Shown here one piece after another: positions 1-12,130 of a stretch of 64,000 nt of DNA. Within the stretch, counting starts at the first letter, position 1, and every line of letters starts with the position of its first letter. Where the stretch lies: NCBI GenBank assembly GCA_964106915.2, contig OZ066927.1, one strand, 5' to 3'. This DNA is from Podarcis gaigeae. Its lineage: Eukaryota. The notes under the pieces were generated by a model. It made no database searches, was not told the DNA's origin, and worked only from the letters and a program-made list of their open reading frames with translations. The position numbers and the translations under genes are program-made.

Positions 1-854
1 TCATAAATCAGAAGCTTCCACCATGGATTCAGTGCTCTGCATTAATGAATAATCAGAGCTTCAGCTTGGAGGTCTTAATTGTGAAACAGAGCTACTACTC
101 AGCTAGTTTCTAATCTCTAATCAATTACCGCAAGGGATTGTGAAAATTAATAATTTGGCTCACATGACAATCTATATTAATGTGGGGTAAGAAAAGCTTA
201 GTAACATTTATCTAAATGAGAACAATCCATTTCATTCAACCAGTAGTTATGGTCTTTATACTAAATAATAAACCTAAAATTGCAACCAAAGCAATAAAGC
301 CCTCAAATATCCGGGTTAGAGCCAGGCTTAGAAATGTAATGAATGGTCCCTACAGTTCATAAAATGTGCTCTGACTGAGTTGAGGTATCCATTGCAGGAA
401 GATGCCTTTCTCCAATTCTCCCTGCAGACCCCAGCAAACTCCCCTACCCAAAGGTTCTGGTGGGTCCCTCAACCATCTGGAGAAGATTTTTGGAAGGCAA
501 AAGGAACCAAACAGGAAATCAGCAAAAATCTCCTCCTCCTGTCAAGAAGAGGGGCTGTTTAATAAAACATCAAAGGGGCTTAAAAGGTATTTTGTTACAC
601 ACCTGTACAGAAATATGATTTTGCAGAAGGTTGCCAGAGCCCTCTGAATTCACATTATTTTTATGAGCTGAACACAAAAATTCACCATCCAATCAAGGCT
701 CACAGCATTTTCCAGAACGGCAATTTTGTTATCGTGCTTTCTCATAGGGGTGGTTCCAATTATTAAATTTGCCCTGATATTATTTGTTTTTATGGCATTG
801 GCTTTAACATTTGCAATTTATAATATTTAGAGGGGGGAAATGAGTTGGGGGGGG

Positions 855-1430
855 GACATGGCAGAGGTGTATAAAATTATGCATGGTGTACAGAAACCTC
901 TCCCTCCCTCAAGACTCCGGGCCACACAACAAGCTGAACTTTTGAAGATTTAGGACAGACAAAACGAAGGACTTTTCATCCATTTTTCCTTAATATAGAA
1001 ATATGGATGTTGTGACAATAATAATGAATAAAAGTGAAAATGCAAAACCAAAACTAAAATAAAGGAAATCACAAGAACTGAACTTCCACTAAGATTTTTT
1101 AAAAAGAAAAAAGGAAGGACTTCTTCACACAGCACACAGTTAAACTACAGAATTTACTCCTGCAAGAAGTAGTGATGACCACCAACTTGAACGGCTTTTA
1201 AAAAGAATTGGACAAATTCATGGAAGATCCAGCTACCAATGGCTACTAGCCACAATGGCTATGCTCCACCTCCACTGTCAGAGGTGCTATGTCTCTGAAG
1301 CTCAGTTGGAGGGAAACCCAAAAGGGAGAGAGCTGCTGCTGTATTCAGGTATTGTTTGTGGCCTATTCATTCAAGCACCTGGTGAGTCCAGGGTGCTGGA
1401 CCAGATGGGCTCTTTTTATGTATTGTATGC
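855..1430 (+). mobile_element. CR1 LINE 3' fragment
   Basis: CR1-like 3' motifs GAGGTGTATAAAATTATGCATGG, CTTCTTCACACAGC..AGTTAAACT, GAATTGGACAAATTCATGGA..ATGGCTACTAGCC; interrupted by an A-rich insert at about 975-1110. Confidence 0.65.
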
Positions 1431-2149
1431 TACTGCTTCTACGGAAACCACATTGGGAGCTTTTACTCTGAAAGGAAGAATCCAACAATAAATAAATATG
1501 GTGGCAGAATGAACTACAAAGATCATGGATCCAGTGTTTTGTGACATTACCATACTGCAAAAACCTAGATTCTAGGCATGGATCCTCTTGATTCTTAGAA
1601 AGCAGCTCACAAAAATATACCAGCTACTCACAACCTGCATCTATCCCCACTGATTGCATTGAAAACACAACAGTCACTATCTTTCAATTCTACAGGGGCC
1701 AGAATGGTAGTTCTCAGGAAAAGAAGCTCAGCATTTTTTAAATAGAGAATCTCAAAATCCACTGCATAATCACAGTCCACATGTAATACCATGACAATTA
1801 ACTGATGTTGTATGTTAAATTTTTATGGTTTTGTTTGTATAGTTTTATGCATTATTGTAAACTGCTTTGATTTTTTTCTATGAAATAGTGGTATATAAGT
1901 ATTTTTATAAATGCCCATTGGAATACAGAGAAACAACATTTTTACATGAAAATGCCCCAAATTCACTATCAAAAGACAATGAACATTATAAAATTGTAAA
2001 ACTAATACTAGGTGATGCTTGTGGTGCAAAAAAACTGGGAATGAAGAAGCACTGATCTTCATACATCTTTTCTTTTTCTTTTTTCTGCAAATAGAACCCT
2101 TGACCACCTTTGTCTTATCATTATAGTTCACACCTCTGGTTACTCACCA

Positions 2150-2460
2150 CAAAAATTAGCTTCTTGTTGCTGTACACAGCCCATTTCTGATGGCCAGATC
2201 CTGATGGATCCATGTAATGATTAAATGTAAACTCCAGTCCCACTCTGGACATTCATGGATTACCAATTCAGTGTCTGTTCTGGTACTTACAGGACATAAT
2301 ATACAATATTCATAGCACGATGCTACAAGGTCTTTTGCATTCTTGTTGCAAACTTCAGGCCAATAATTTTTTTGGTGCTCTCAGTCCATGCCGTGAAGAT
2401 CCACACTGAAGGATCCAGGTCCTGTTGCATTGATTTGTATCTTACAATAAATATACAGCC
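2150..2460 (-). mobile_element. Possible degraded Gypsy-type integrase relic
   Basis: Minus-strand translation DLHGMD*EHQKNYWPEVCNKNAKDLVASCYEYC...TELVIHECPEWDWS resembles the integrase H2C2 region (H.G...YWP...V.SC..C...L..HE.P..PW). Confidence 0.35.
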
Positions 2461-4514
2461 TACTTGTGGATGGATGGGTTTTGAGGATGCAAATTATCTC
2501 TCTAAGTATACAACAACTGTATTGCAAAACTCACAATTCTGGCGAGTCTTTGCACCACTAGGTTTCATGTAACCTGGAAATGGCTTTTCTTGGATCTGAA
2601 CGAGTTTTACCCTGGGTCTAATTTTTGGCACCATGGTGAACTGTGATTTTTATGGAGCAGTCCATGGACAAAGATATAAGCATTGGTTTGATAGTGGATT
2701 TGAGGCACCTTCATGTAAAAACCATGGATCCATGAGAATCTATCCAGCTCCTTCCCCCACTTCATTACTGGCTTGCCACAGTTCTAAAGTTAGAAAGTTT
2801 GGCACAGAGGTGTACAATGTGCAGTCCAGCAGCACTGGATTTTGCTGACCCCATGATTAAAGAGCACAATCAAGAGCACAGCTCTATTCTTATCAGAAAA
2901 CAAATCTGAGTAGACTGTAATCTTGCACTGCTGAGCTTACTCAACTGACCTAATAAATATTTGCTCCATAAGGATCTGATTACTATTATGCTTGTGGTAG
3001 TGTGGCTAGAATTAGCCAAGCAATGGAAAAGACTACAGTGGGGCGGGAGAACTGTGGAAATAGCTTATCTGAGAAACTGACATACTAGGATCATACTGAC
3101 ATGAGAAATTGTTTTTTGCTTGGCAGTACTTACGCCAGTAGGAGCAACCTGAAAGGTGAACTCTCTCCCCCTCCTACAATTGTCTCATGAGCAAATATGG
3201 CAAGACATACTGGGAGACAGCTGTTTCGACAGTCTGATTTTCTTAGTGTATGCCCACTGTTTATGAAAGTAGCTACTCTATTTTTTCAATGAATATTTAA
3301 AAAGTTAAGTAAGAACCAGCATCGATAAACAACATGATCTAGGCAAGTTCAGACTTGCACTCTGAGGCAATACACAAGGGGCGTTATCAGGAACTAAAGG
3401 GCAAGGAGAGGCAGCTCACTTGAGTCATTAAAAGCAAGCTTAAGCTATATGCCAACTGAGTCTTTCATGACTGGAGTGCAATCTGACCACTGCCAAGGCA
3501 CACTTAACAATTAACTGAACAGCCAGGGGCACTATGAAGACTAAGCTTTTATGGACTAGCATCTACCTCATCAGATACATTGCATGTCATTGCTACATAG
3601 GTGCAGAGAAAGAAATACAAACAGTGAGATCATATGGAAATGAAATGCAAAAAGAGGCGTCACATTTGCATTAAAGCTTAAAATCCAACAGTTTCACTAC
3701 CCCTTTGAAGATTCTTTATTCAAGTCCAGGAGCAACCAACATGGTGCCTTCCAGTTGTTGCTGAACTACAACTCCCACCTTCCCTGACCATTTGTCATGC
3801 TGGCTGGCGCTGAAGCATGTCACAGTCCAACATAAGGAGGGCACCAAGTTAGCTATTCCTGAGTTAGTCTGTTGGGAGCGGACTTTCTACATGTTGCCTT
3901 CATCTATGAGTCCAACCAGAAGAGGGAATAACTTTACTCCAGAGAAAAGGAGCCAACTCCTAGGGGCGAAGGTCTCCTTCGACCTCCCCAATAAAATATA
4001 TTTGGCTAAAGTTGATGGGCATTGGCATTCAAATGGTGTGCTATACTGCATCATATGATCAATTATGTGGACTGGAGCTTACCTGCCCCCCCCCCGCAAA
4101 TATTTGATTCAAGTTGGCATCCTGGCCCCAGAGAAGAGGAACCTGTCTGGTGAAGAGAAGTCAAGGCCTGGAGATGCCCAGAGCCCAGATATGCAGAGTC
4201 TAGAGCAGCCTTTGCTAATCTGGTGCTCTGCAGATGTTGTTGGACTCCAACCCCCATTAGCTCCTTCTGCCAGCCATGGATGATGGAAGTCACAGTCCAC
4301 CAGCATTTGGAGAATCATAGATTCCCCCTGGGTAAAACAAGAGAACCTTCAATCTACTAAAAGAAGCCCAGAGACAAAGCTGTTTTGAACAAGCCTTTTA
4401 GAGTGACTCTCAAGAAATGCAGTCTCTTTCCCAAAGCTGATTTTCTACATCAACAGTAAGTTGGATCAGACAAGCTTTGACGGCCCTCCTAGATTTACAA
4501 GTGAAATAATACTA

Positions 4515-4751
4515 CAGTGGTACCTTGCAAGACGAATGCCTTGCAAGACGAAAAACTCGCAAGACGAAAGGGTTTTTCGTTTTTTGAGTTGCTTCGCAAG
4601 ACGATTTTCCCTATGGGCTTGCTTCGTAAGACGAAAACATCTTGCGAGTTTGTTTCCTTTTTCTTAAAACCATTAATACCCAGGGAATCTGCGCTTCGCA
4701 AGACGAAAAAACTCACAGAACGAATTAATTTCGTCTTGCGAGGCACCACTG
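4515..4751. mobile_element. Tc1/mariner (Tigger/pogo-like) MITE
   Basis: TIRs CAGTGGTACCTTGCAAGACGAA / TTCGTCTTGCGAGGCACCACTG with TA on both sides; internal GCAAGACGA repeats. Confidence 0.85.
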
Positions 4752-5419
4752 TACCATGTCTTGTTACTTCTGTTCTGCCTAAGAAATCTGTCTTTTGTCT
4801 AGGGTGTTAGAAACGTTAGGGTTACAAGTCAGGCTTTTTTTCCTCGAATCATGAGGACATACTCCCAGGTGGGTCACCTGGTTCATGCAGCCCCTAGGAT
4901 GAACCCGTTTGGCCTGTATCTCCAAGCTGGAACCAAGACCAACCAGTTGGCCACATAGCCACAGCAACTATATTTGGGTTTGATTTTCCCTCATAAAACC
5001 TTGCTTTGTGTTAATATCTTGCTTGCTAGAGAGTTCTGATAAACTGAAAACTTCACACATTTTAAAGACTTGCGGGCTTTGGTGGGGCCCAGCGCTTCAG
5101 TACTGAAGTCTCTCACTTGTGGTATGCCTAGGGACCAGCAGCATGCCCACTGAGGCCCAGGTGGGCTTTGCACAGCCATAGGAAGGGTCCCTTTTATAGA
5201 AAGGGGGCTACGGCTGGTGCCCCACTTCAGGCAGCAAGATGCTTTGAGCTGGCACTGAGATCTCCCTTCAACCCCGTCGCTCCACACCCTCTGCTCAAGA
5301 CAGCATGGATCCCTCGTGAACTCGAAGTGCAACCCTATGCATGTTTCCTCGGAAGCAAGTCCTACTGTGCTCAATGCATACTAATTATACGTGCTCAACA
5401 CTTAAAAGTTGCCTGCCTA

Positions 5420-6320
5420 GATGCGGGAGAAAAGGCGGCCAACCTCCTGGGTAACCGACCAGAAAAGAGCGGGAACCTGACGGTGGGCGCCTCTTTCACG
5501 GTAACGACGGCGCCGCTAACACAGGTGGTCTGAGCGGCTCTTTCTCACGCAGAGCCCGGCACTCCGGGAGGAACCGGGGCAGCAAAACGGGGGCCCTTCA
5601 GCCTAGTGCCCGCGGTGGGGCGGCCAAGCTATGGGGTTTTCGCCCGGCCTGTCCCCGGAGCACCTGCAGAATGCGGCGGCGGCACCCCCTCACCTTGTCG
5701 GAGTCGAGGTCGGGGTCGGCCTGGCAGAGGCGGAAAAGGAAGCTTTTGGGGTCCCTGCAGAGCGTCTGCCGGGTGGTGAGGAAGCAGGTGCCGCCCACGT
5801 TCAGCCGGACCCATTTCCCGGGCACGCCGCCCGCGACGGGAGGGGCCGGGGGAGCGAGGCAGCCCCCGCACGACGACGACGACGACGAAGGCGAGGAGAA
5901 GGACGACGACGACGAACTGGAGCTGCTGCTGCAGCGCCGGCAGGAGGCAGAGGGAGCCCCGGACAGGCCAAGCCCTGCCGCCGGCACCACCGGCAGCTCG
6001 CAGGAGCCCTCCGCCGCCATCCTGGCTGCGCGCCGGAAGGTCCGCCTTCGAAAGGCGTCCCCTCCGGGCAGCTGTCCCAGCAGGCTCTCCGAGAGCGCAT
6101 GTGCGGCGGCGGCGGCGATGTGGCTCCGCCCCCTGCCTTCCGGAAGTGAGGGAAGAGAAAGGCCCCTCCCCTTCTGCGGGCTTCTTCTGCTTGCTGGGTA
6201 CGCCAGCGGGAAGAGGGGCGGAGGCGCTGATTAACTCTTTGCTTGCCGGCCGCTTTTACTATCCAACCTCCGCCTCGCCTGGTCTGTTCTTCTTCCGCGC
6301 CGATGGAGGGCGGGGGGGGG
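5420..6320. promoter_or_regulatory. CpG island / KCTD5 promoter
   Basis: Dense CpG around exon 1; ETS site CCGGAAGTG near 6140, NRF1-like GCGCATGTGC near 6095, GC boxes GGGGCGG near 6215 and GGGCGGG near 6308. Confidence 0.8.
5694..6020 (-). CDS. KCTD5: KCTD5 coding exon 1 (BTB/POZ domain start); remaining exons not found in window, presumably left of position 1
   Basis: MAAEGSCEL...CRRC...[41 protein letters not shown] (109 codons) followed by donor GTGAG at 5693. The CEL...CRRC N-terminus and adjacency to PDPK1 favour KCTD5 over KCTD2/KCTD17. Confidence 0.92.
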
Positions 6321-6503
6321 GGGAGCAGGAGCTCTATGTCTGCCAGGAGGCTTACAGGGCAGTTTATAGCACAAAAGCACATAACATAGCAGTAAACAAA
6401 AAACAATAACCCACCCCCAACAAAATTTTAAAGACCTTGGATCAATCAGCCAAAGGCCTGGGAGAAGAGGAATGTTTTTGCCTGGCACCTAGTAATCTGT
6501 AAT

Positions 6504-6769
6504 TGTTATGTACTGAAGTTTTCACCCTGGGCCAGCAGGGGGGATACTGTAGATAAGTTTTCACCCAGGTCCACATATGCAAATAAGGGATTGAAAGTGA
6601 CGTTCAGTGATTGGATAGTTACAGAAAGTAGTTACTATTGCGTTTTAGTGGAGCTCTATATAAGCAGGCTGGCTGAACCCTTTAGTTCAGTTCTGTTCTG
6701 GCCTGTGAATAAACAAGAGCTGCTTGAAGAATCGCTGTGTCGTCTGATATGTTCACCCACAACTTAACA
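6504..6769 (+). mobile_element. Solo LTR (266 bp)
   Basis: TGTTA...TAACA termini; perfect 5-bp TSD GTAAT (6499-6503 and 6770-6774); internal ATGCAAAT, ATTGG, CTATATAAG and AATAAA in U3-R-U5 order. Confidence 0.85.
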
Positions 6770-6829
6770 GTAATGAAGGCACAAAACATAAAGAGGGAGC
6801 CTCCGCAGAAAAGGCGCACGAAGGGCCTC

Positions 6830-7900
6830 AGGTCATATCAGTAGTTCATATCCTTGAGGTCCTGAGTAGTTTTTAAGGCTTTATAGCTCAAAACCAGCAC
6901 TTTGAATTGGGCCTAGAAACTTACTGGTAGCTGGGAAAGGATCAGTGTTATATGATCAAAGCATATTGTCCTGGTGAACAACCTGACTCCTGAATTCTGT
7001 GCCCACTAACATTTTCAAACCATCTTCAGAGGCAGCCCTGCGTATAACACATTGCAGTAATCTAACCTAGAGGTTACCAGAGCATAATCAACTGAAGTTA
7101 GGCTATTCCTGTCCAGACAGGGGTGCAGCTGGGCAACCAGTCTAAACTGATGGTTAGAGCATGGTGCTAATAATGTCAAGGTCCTGGGTTTGATCCTCAT
7201 ACCTACATATTCCAGCATTGCAGGGGCTTGGACTAGATTACCCTCAGGGTCCCTTCCAACTCTACAATTCTATCATTCTAAGGCACTCTGTGCAACCAAG
7301 ACCACTTGAGCCTCAAGTGACAAGCAATGGATCTAGAAGTACCCTCAAGCTGTGCATCGACTCCTTTACAGGGAGTTAAACTCCTTCAAGAGCAGGCAAC
7401 CTCCGATCCATCTGGTCTAGGGAACTGCCCACTAAAATGCCTCAGTCTTATCGGGATTAAGCTCCAGTTTGTTGGCTCTCATCCAGGCCAGTACCAAGGC
7501 ATGACACCGATCCAGCACTTCCACTGCCTCACCTGCAGATGTAAAGGAGTAGAGCTGTGTGTCATCCACATATTGCTGATAGCATACTCCAAAACTCCAG
7601 ATAATCCCTCAGCTGCTTCATGTAGCATGGGGGATAAAACCCTGAGGAACCCCGCACTAAAGGCTCCACAGAGCCGAAGAGCACTCTCCAAGCATCACCC
7701 TCTGGAAATGATCATGAAGAGTGGTGTCAACCACCACTAACTTGGACAGAAGGATACCATGGCTGATAGCATTGAAAGCCACTGAAAGGTCAAGGAGAAG
7801 AGGCACATTTCCTCTCTCCTGACAGAGATCATCATACAGGGCCACTAAAGCAGTTTTTGTGCCTAGTTGGGCCTAAACCCCAAATGAAATAGATCTGGAT
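6830..7900 (-). mobile_element. L2 LINE reverse-transcriptase fragment
   Basis: Degenerate peptides LLLDLSVAFNAISHGILL and ALVTSRLDYCNVLYAGLPLK; interrupted by a SINE at about 7151-7280. Confidence 0.8.
7151..7280 (+). mobile_element. tRNA-derived SINE with CR1-like tail (Squam3-like), nested in L2
   Basis: A-box-like TGGTTAGAGCATGG, B-box-like GGTTTGATCC, tail GGTCCCTTCCAACTCTACAATTCTATCATTCTA. Confidence 0.65.
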
Positions 7901-8706
7901 CACATTGCCTGGACTGGCTCGGGGCTTCATGGTTAGCAGAAGAACACATGACAGGTGTTTTGCTGCCAGGGTGGGTGGAAATGTCCTCTGTGTGGGGGAT
8001 ATAGCACTGGCTGCATTCTCATGAATACACTGATCTGATGTTGGCCATTACAGCCCTCATTTCTTTGAAAGGTTAGCCTTAAACCTAAAAAGCAGCTTTA
8101 AAAATACCTTTGTGGGGGGGAGTAATGTTTCACACTGCAAGCCTTACCCTAATGCAGCATAATGGGGCCTGTGTGTTCTTTTCCCACTCAGGACCCAGCA
8201 GCCACTTCTGTGCCACAGTATAATACATGGCCTTCACACAAAAAAGGGGCTGGGAACTGGAGACTGCCTTCCTTCCACCTACCCAGCTCCTGAAAAATAA
8301 GTGAATGATTTAAGCCAATGTGGATCGTGGGACATGGAGAGGGAGAGAGAGAGAGCGCGTCCCAATTCATTGGCAGATTGATACAGGACGACATGGAGGA
8401 TCCACAAGTATTTTGCTTTAACGATGGATCAACGTTTTTCTTCAGCAGTTTCCATACTGGCAATATGTAATGCAGATAGGGGAATTCAGAAGTTTTGAAC
8501 CATGGAATATGCAATGTTTACTTATCCAAACCTAAATTTGCTTTGCTATTTTGGGAACGTGAATGAAGCGCAGATGCTGTGTGTTAGAGATGAAACTGCA
8601 AGCTGCCGTATCTTAAGTTATACAACACTTTGGTTTTCCACTTAGAAAGAAATGAGGAAATAAAAAAGCTGAAACTTGAAACAATCACCATAATAAACAG
8701 GAGGGT

Positions 8707-11700
8707 TTTATTATCTGGGATTAGAAACAGTATGCAGACATAAGCATCATCATGCAGCAACAGAAGGAACTCAATTTTTAAGAGGAAAAAGCTCAGAAAT
8801 AAATACCCCTATAATGTAACTATGAAGTAGCAATAAAACTGGATATTGTTACAACTTTTACTATTGGAGAGTTCAGCTTGATCACCACTTAAAAGTATGT
8901 GCACTCCTATGTACACTTACCTGGGAGTAGGTCCCATAGACTCAGTGGGATTTGCTTCTAAGTACCATGCATACCAAAAGGTTGCAATTGCTTATAATAA
9001 TTGTAGACAAGAATTAGCTATCCCAAGCTAATTTATATCACTACCCCATGAAATAATTCATCACTGAAGATACTAACCTAGGTCTCATGTTTATTTCTAT
9101 AACCAGAATTAATGCCTGAAAAATCCAGAGCTTCCCATTTGGAACTTTCACTTTGAGCTTCATGGATTTCAGAAACAAGTTTGCATAAACTGAAACAAGC
9201 TTTTCACACAATAGTTTGCTCCTTAATTGATGGGAAGCTTCCATACAATTCTAGGTCTTTCACAATGCAGAAGATGTGTGAATCTGAGGCAAGTGAGAAG
9301 CAATGTCAGAGGCTGGGTTTGGGACACAAAAGTTTTGTGTCACTGTTTTACGAGTTAGCAGACCCAGCCCAGCTTGTCTTCCTGGACCAAATACCTGATG
9401 GTGTTGTCTGTGTGGTAATTCGAACAGAACTTTTCCAAAACACTCAGCCTTATGTGTGGTTTATTTATATACACTTGATTGTAAAAACAACAACCACAAC
9501 CACCCCTCAAAGCAGTTTAGTAATCCAGTCAAATGCAGCAGCAAAATGCTACCCGCCTCCCAAGGTCTAATATTTGCAGCAGTGTGAACTGTGACAAACA
9601 CGGCTTTTAAGACTATTGCACTTGTCCTGAAAGTGGCTGAAGAGAGATGATTTACTTGAGAGCAAGAGTATGGAGAGTGCCATTAACTAGATACCTCAAC
9701 CCTAGTCCGGACTTGAATTATATTATCACCTGTTCTAAAGGTGTCCACTCAGCCACCTGAACCAGCATTTCCGCTCTCTTGCCTTTCGAAGCTTCAGACC
9801 TGCTGTGAAAGCGAGATGACTGGATCTCTTTCCCCTTCTTTGCTCCTCCTGTCTGTTCCCCCTTGGTCCAAACTGACTCTTCCCCTTTAGTGCTATTTTT
9901 CTTATGGTCCTACCACTGGCTCTACTCAAGGCTGGGAGAGACTGCTTGACCGGAAGAGATGGGACACCATTTTTAATGGGGCAGAGATGCTTCTTCTTAA
10001 TCCAAGTAAATAGCAGGATGCAGCCAGCAAATTTAGGCAAGCCAAGCAGAAAAATGTGTCCTCTGGTGCAGTCGCAGAGCAGTTCTGCCAACATAATCGT
10101 ATCGCTGGACATTTCTTACTAGAAAGACTCCTTGAATCATTAGATGAATTGTGCAGAACAATCATCATCCATGGGAGAAGTCAAATATGTGTGTGTCATC
10201 ATTTTCCAGAGAGGAGCTTCCCAGCACCTCTCCTGAGACAATCTAATACAGTTGTGGGTGATGATAAGTTGCCACTTGCTTTCACCCAATGGGATTCAGT
10301 TTTACCAAGGGGTAGGGGGAAGGAAGAAAAACAACCAGCATGACTGACAGCTGTTGGAAGGGGATTCTCACTGCCAAAAGCACTTCTACTTGGCTCCACT
10401 ACTTCTGGTGGCTTGTTAAGAGTCATGGTTGCATTGCCTGGCTGCAGGAAAAGAATACATCCATGTTCCATGTGATGGCTTCTGCAGACAGTGTGCATGT
10501 ATGAACAAACACATGGGTGTGTCAAAGCTTTACAGGAAAAATGGTCCAACTTGTAGACAGAACTAGAGATAACAGTAGACCAGCCTCATCTGTTCCAGAA
10601 GTGCTATTTACCTTGTGCTGGTGGAACTTTGAAAAGAGCGGATTCTCTTATTTCCAGCAACAACCAGACACTCTCCACTTCCAAGTCTACTCCTGACTTT
10701 AAGGGCAAGAGAAACCCTCACCTTCAAAATGGAACCTAAATCTGACACCTCTTGCTCAGCACTAGTGAAATAATTCTCTCTTACGGTACAAGTGAAAAGT
10801 GAACAGAAGTGGTACCAGTACTTTTGGGGGGTGAGGAAGAGAACTGGTGTCTGGGCAAGAACCTGTTCCCCTCCCTGCAAAAAAGCTTGGGCTACCCAGA
10901 TATGAGAGCACACCATAGAGAAAGAATGCTTGCAGTGAGAAAGCAATATCTTTGCTATGTTACAAGAAATGTTTGACCATAACAGTTTAATAGGAAAAGG
11001 ACAAAAGAACGATATGAAACATTTGATAGATATGACTCAAGTACCATACACTTCCCCTCCTTTGTATCAACATTTTTACATAAACACAACAATTAGTCTG
11101 ATTAGTGGAGGGGCTTAAATATATTTAAATCATGTAAAATATTTTCAAAGTTGCTAAAAGGTCTGACGCTTTGCCATTGAACAAGACAGGAATATATTTG
11201 TACACCTCATTATACAAAGAGACAACAAATCAAGTCATCAGTTGTACAACTGCGCTTCTCTCCCCAGGCACAACAGGCCAGCCCCCTGCAGTGCTCCACC
11301 CTGGAAAGAACCAGCTTGCTCCCCCTCCCCCTCTTTGGAAAAGGTGAAGAGTCTATTTACTACATCAATACAGCTTGGTACTAACTAGGCAACCTCTCAG
11401 TTAGTATTAGTTAAAAGCATGCTGGTAACTTTAATGCTCCTTAGTTCAACATGTAAATGCATCAAATTAAAATTCCATGTTTAAAATTGTATGAAATTTG
11501 ATTTCCAGGATTAAGTGCCACATTCAAATTTTCCCTCTCTTACCACCTGTGCCGGAGTGTATCTATCTGCAAAACATGCAATTAGAAGTACCATCCATGG
11601 AGAATCCTGCAACTGGACACAACCTGAAGGGTTCGGTAAGGGCGTCCATCCGCTTGCAGCAGCGGTTACAAGTGCTGGATACCAACTAGAGACCAACTAG

Positions 11701-12130
11701 AAGGGAGGAAGTGGCAGCAGAAACAATGGTGGCCTCTCACACGGAGATGTTTCAAAGCTCCCTGACGAAACACAGTTGCATGATAAAATCGGAAAGTCAC
11801 AGTAATAATCCCGCCCCACATGATCTGGGCTGTGCGCGTGGCTTGGCTTAACTCATCTACACTGAAGTCAGCAGTTTGCAGCAGAAGCCAAGGGAGTCTC
11901 TCACGGCAGCAAAGAGAGCTGTGCAAGTGTGTGTGTGTTTGGAAGCCTCAACAGAAGCACAAAAGCAAGCAAAGCGACCCTGAATTCCATTGGTTGGGCT
12001 TTTCCTTAGAGAAGGAACTAGTTTTGGCCCTGGAGATGGATGTAGGCTGGGCTGGGAGGAGTCCTCAGGCTGGGAGCATGTGGCGCTCTAGCAGCAAGGA
12101 GGGAGGCAGGGCACTGGGGGGGGGGCAGTC
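8707..12130 (-). other. PDPK1: Probable long PDPK1 3' UTR ending near a poly(A) signal
   Basis: Repeat-poor sequence after the stop codon; AATAAA on the minus strand at 8712-8707. The end point is not certain. Confidence 0.45.

Noticed and set aside
2372-2848. Plus-strand peptides with faint serine-protease-like words (IQPTC, DSG)
   Set aside because: No TAAHC or GDSGGP motif and no consistent exon structure; the minus-strand integrase-like reading fits better.
1-5693. KCTD5 exon 2 (DETGAYLIDRDP...)
   Set aside because: Not found by eye on the minus strand; the region is treated as intron 1.
5631-6409. Several 100-200 aa overlapping ORFs on both strands
   Set aside because: Shadow frames of GC-rich KCTD5 exon 1 and its CpG island; low complexity, no domain.
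7151-7200. tRNA gene (also 40070-40145)
   Set aside because: A/B-box-like sequence runs directly into SINE bodies and tails; no complete cloverleaf.
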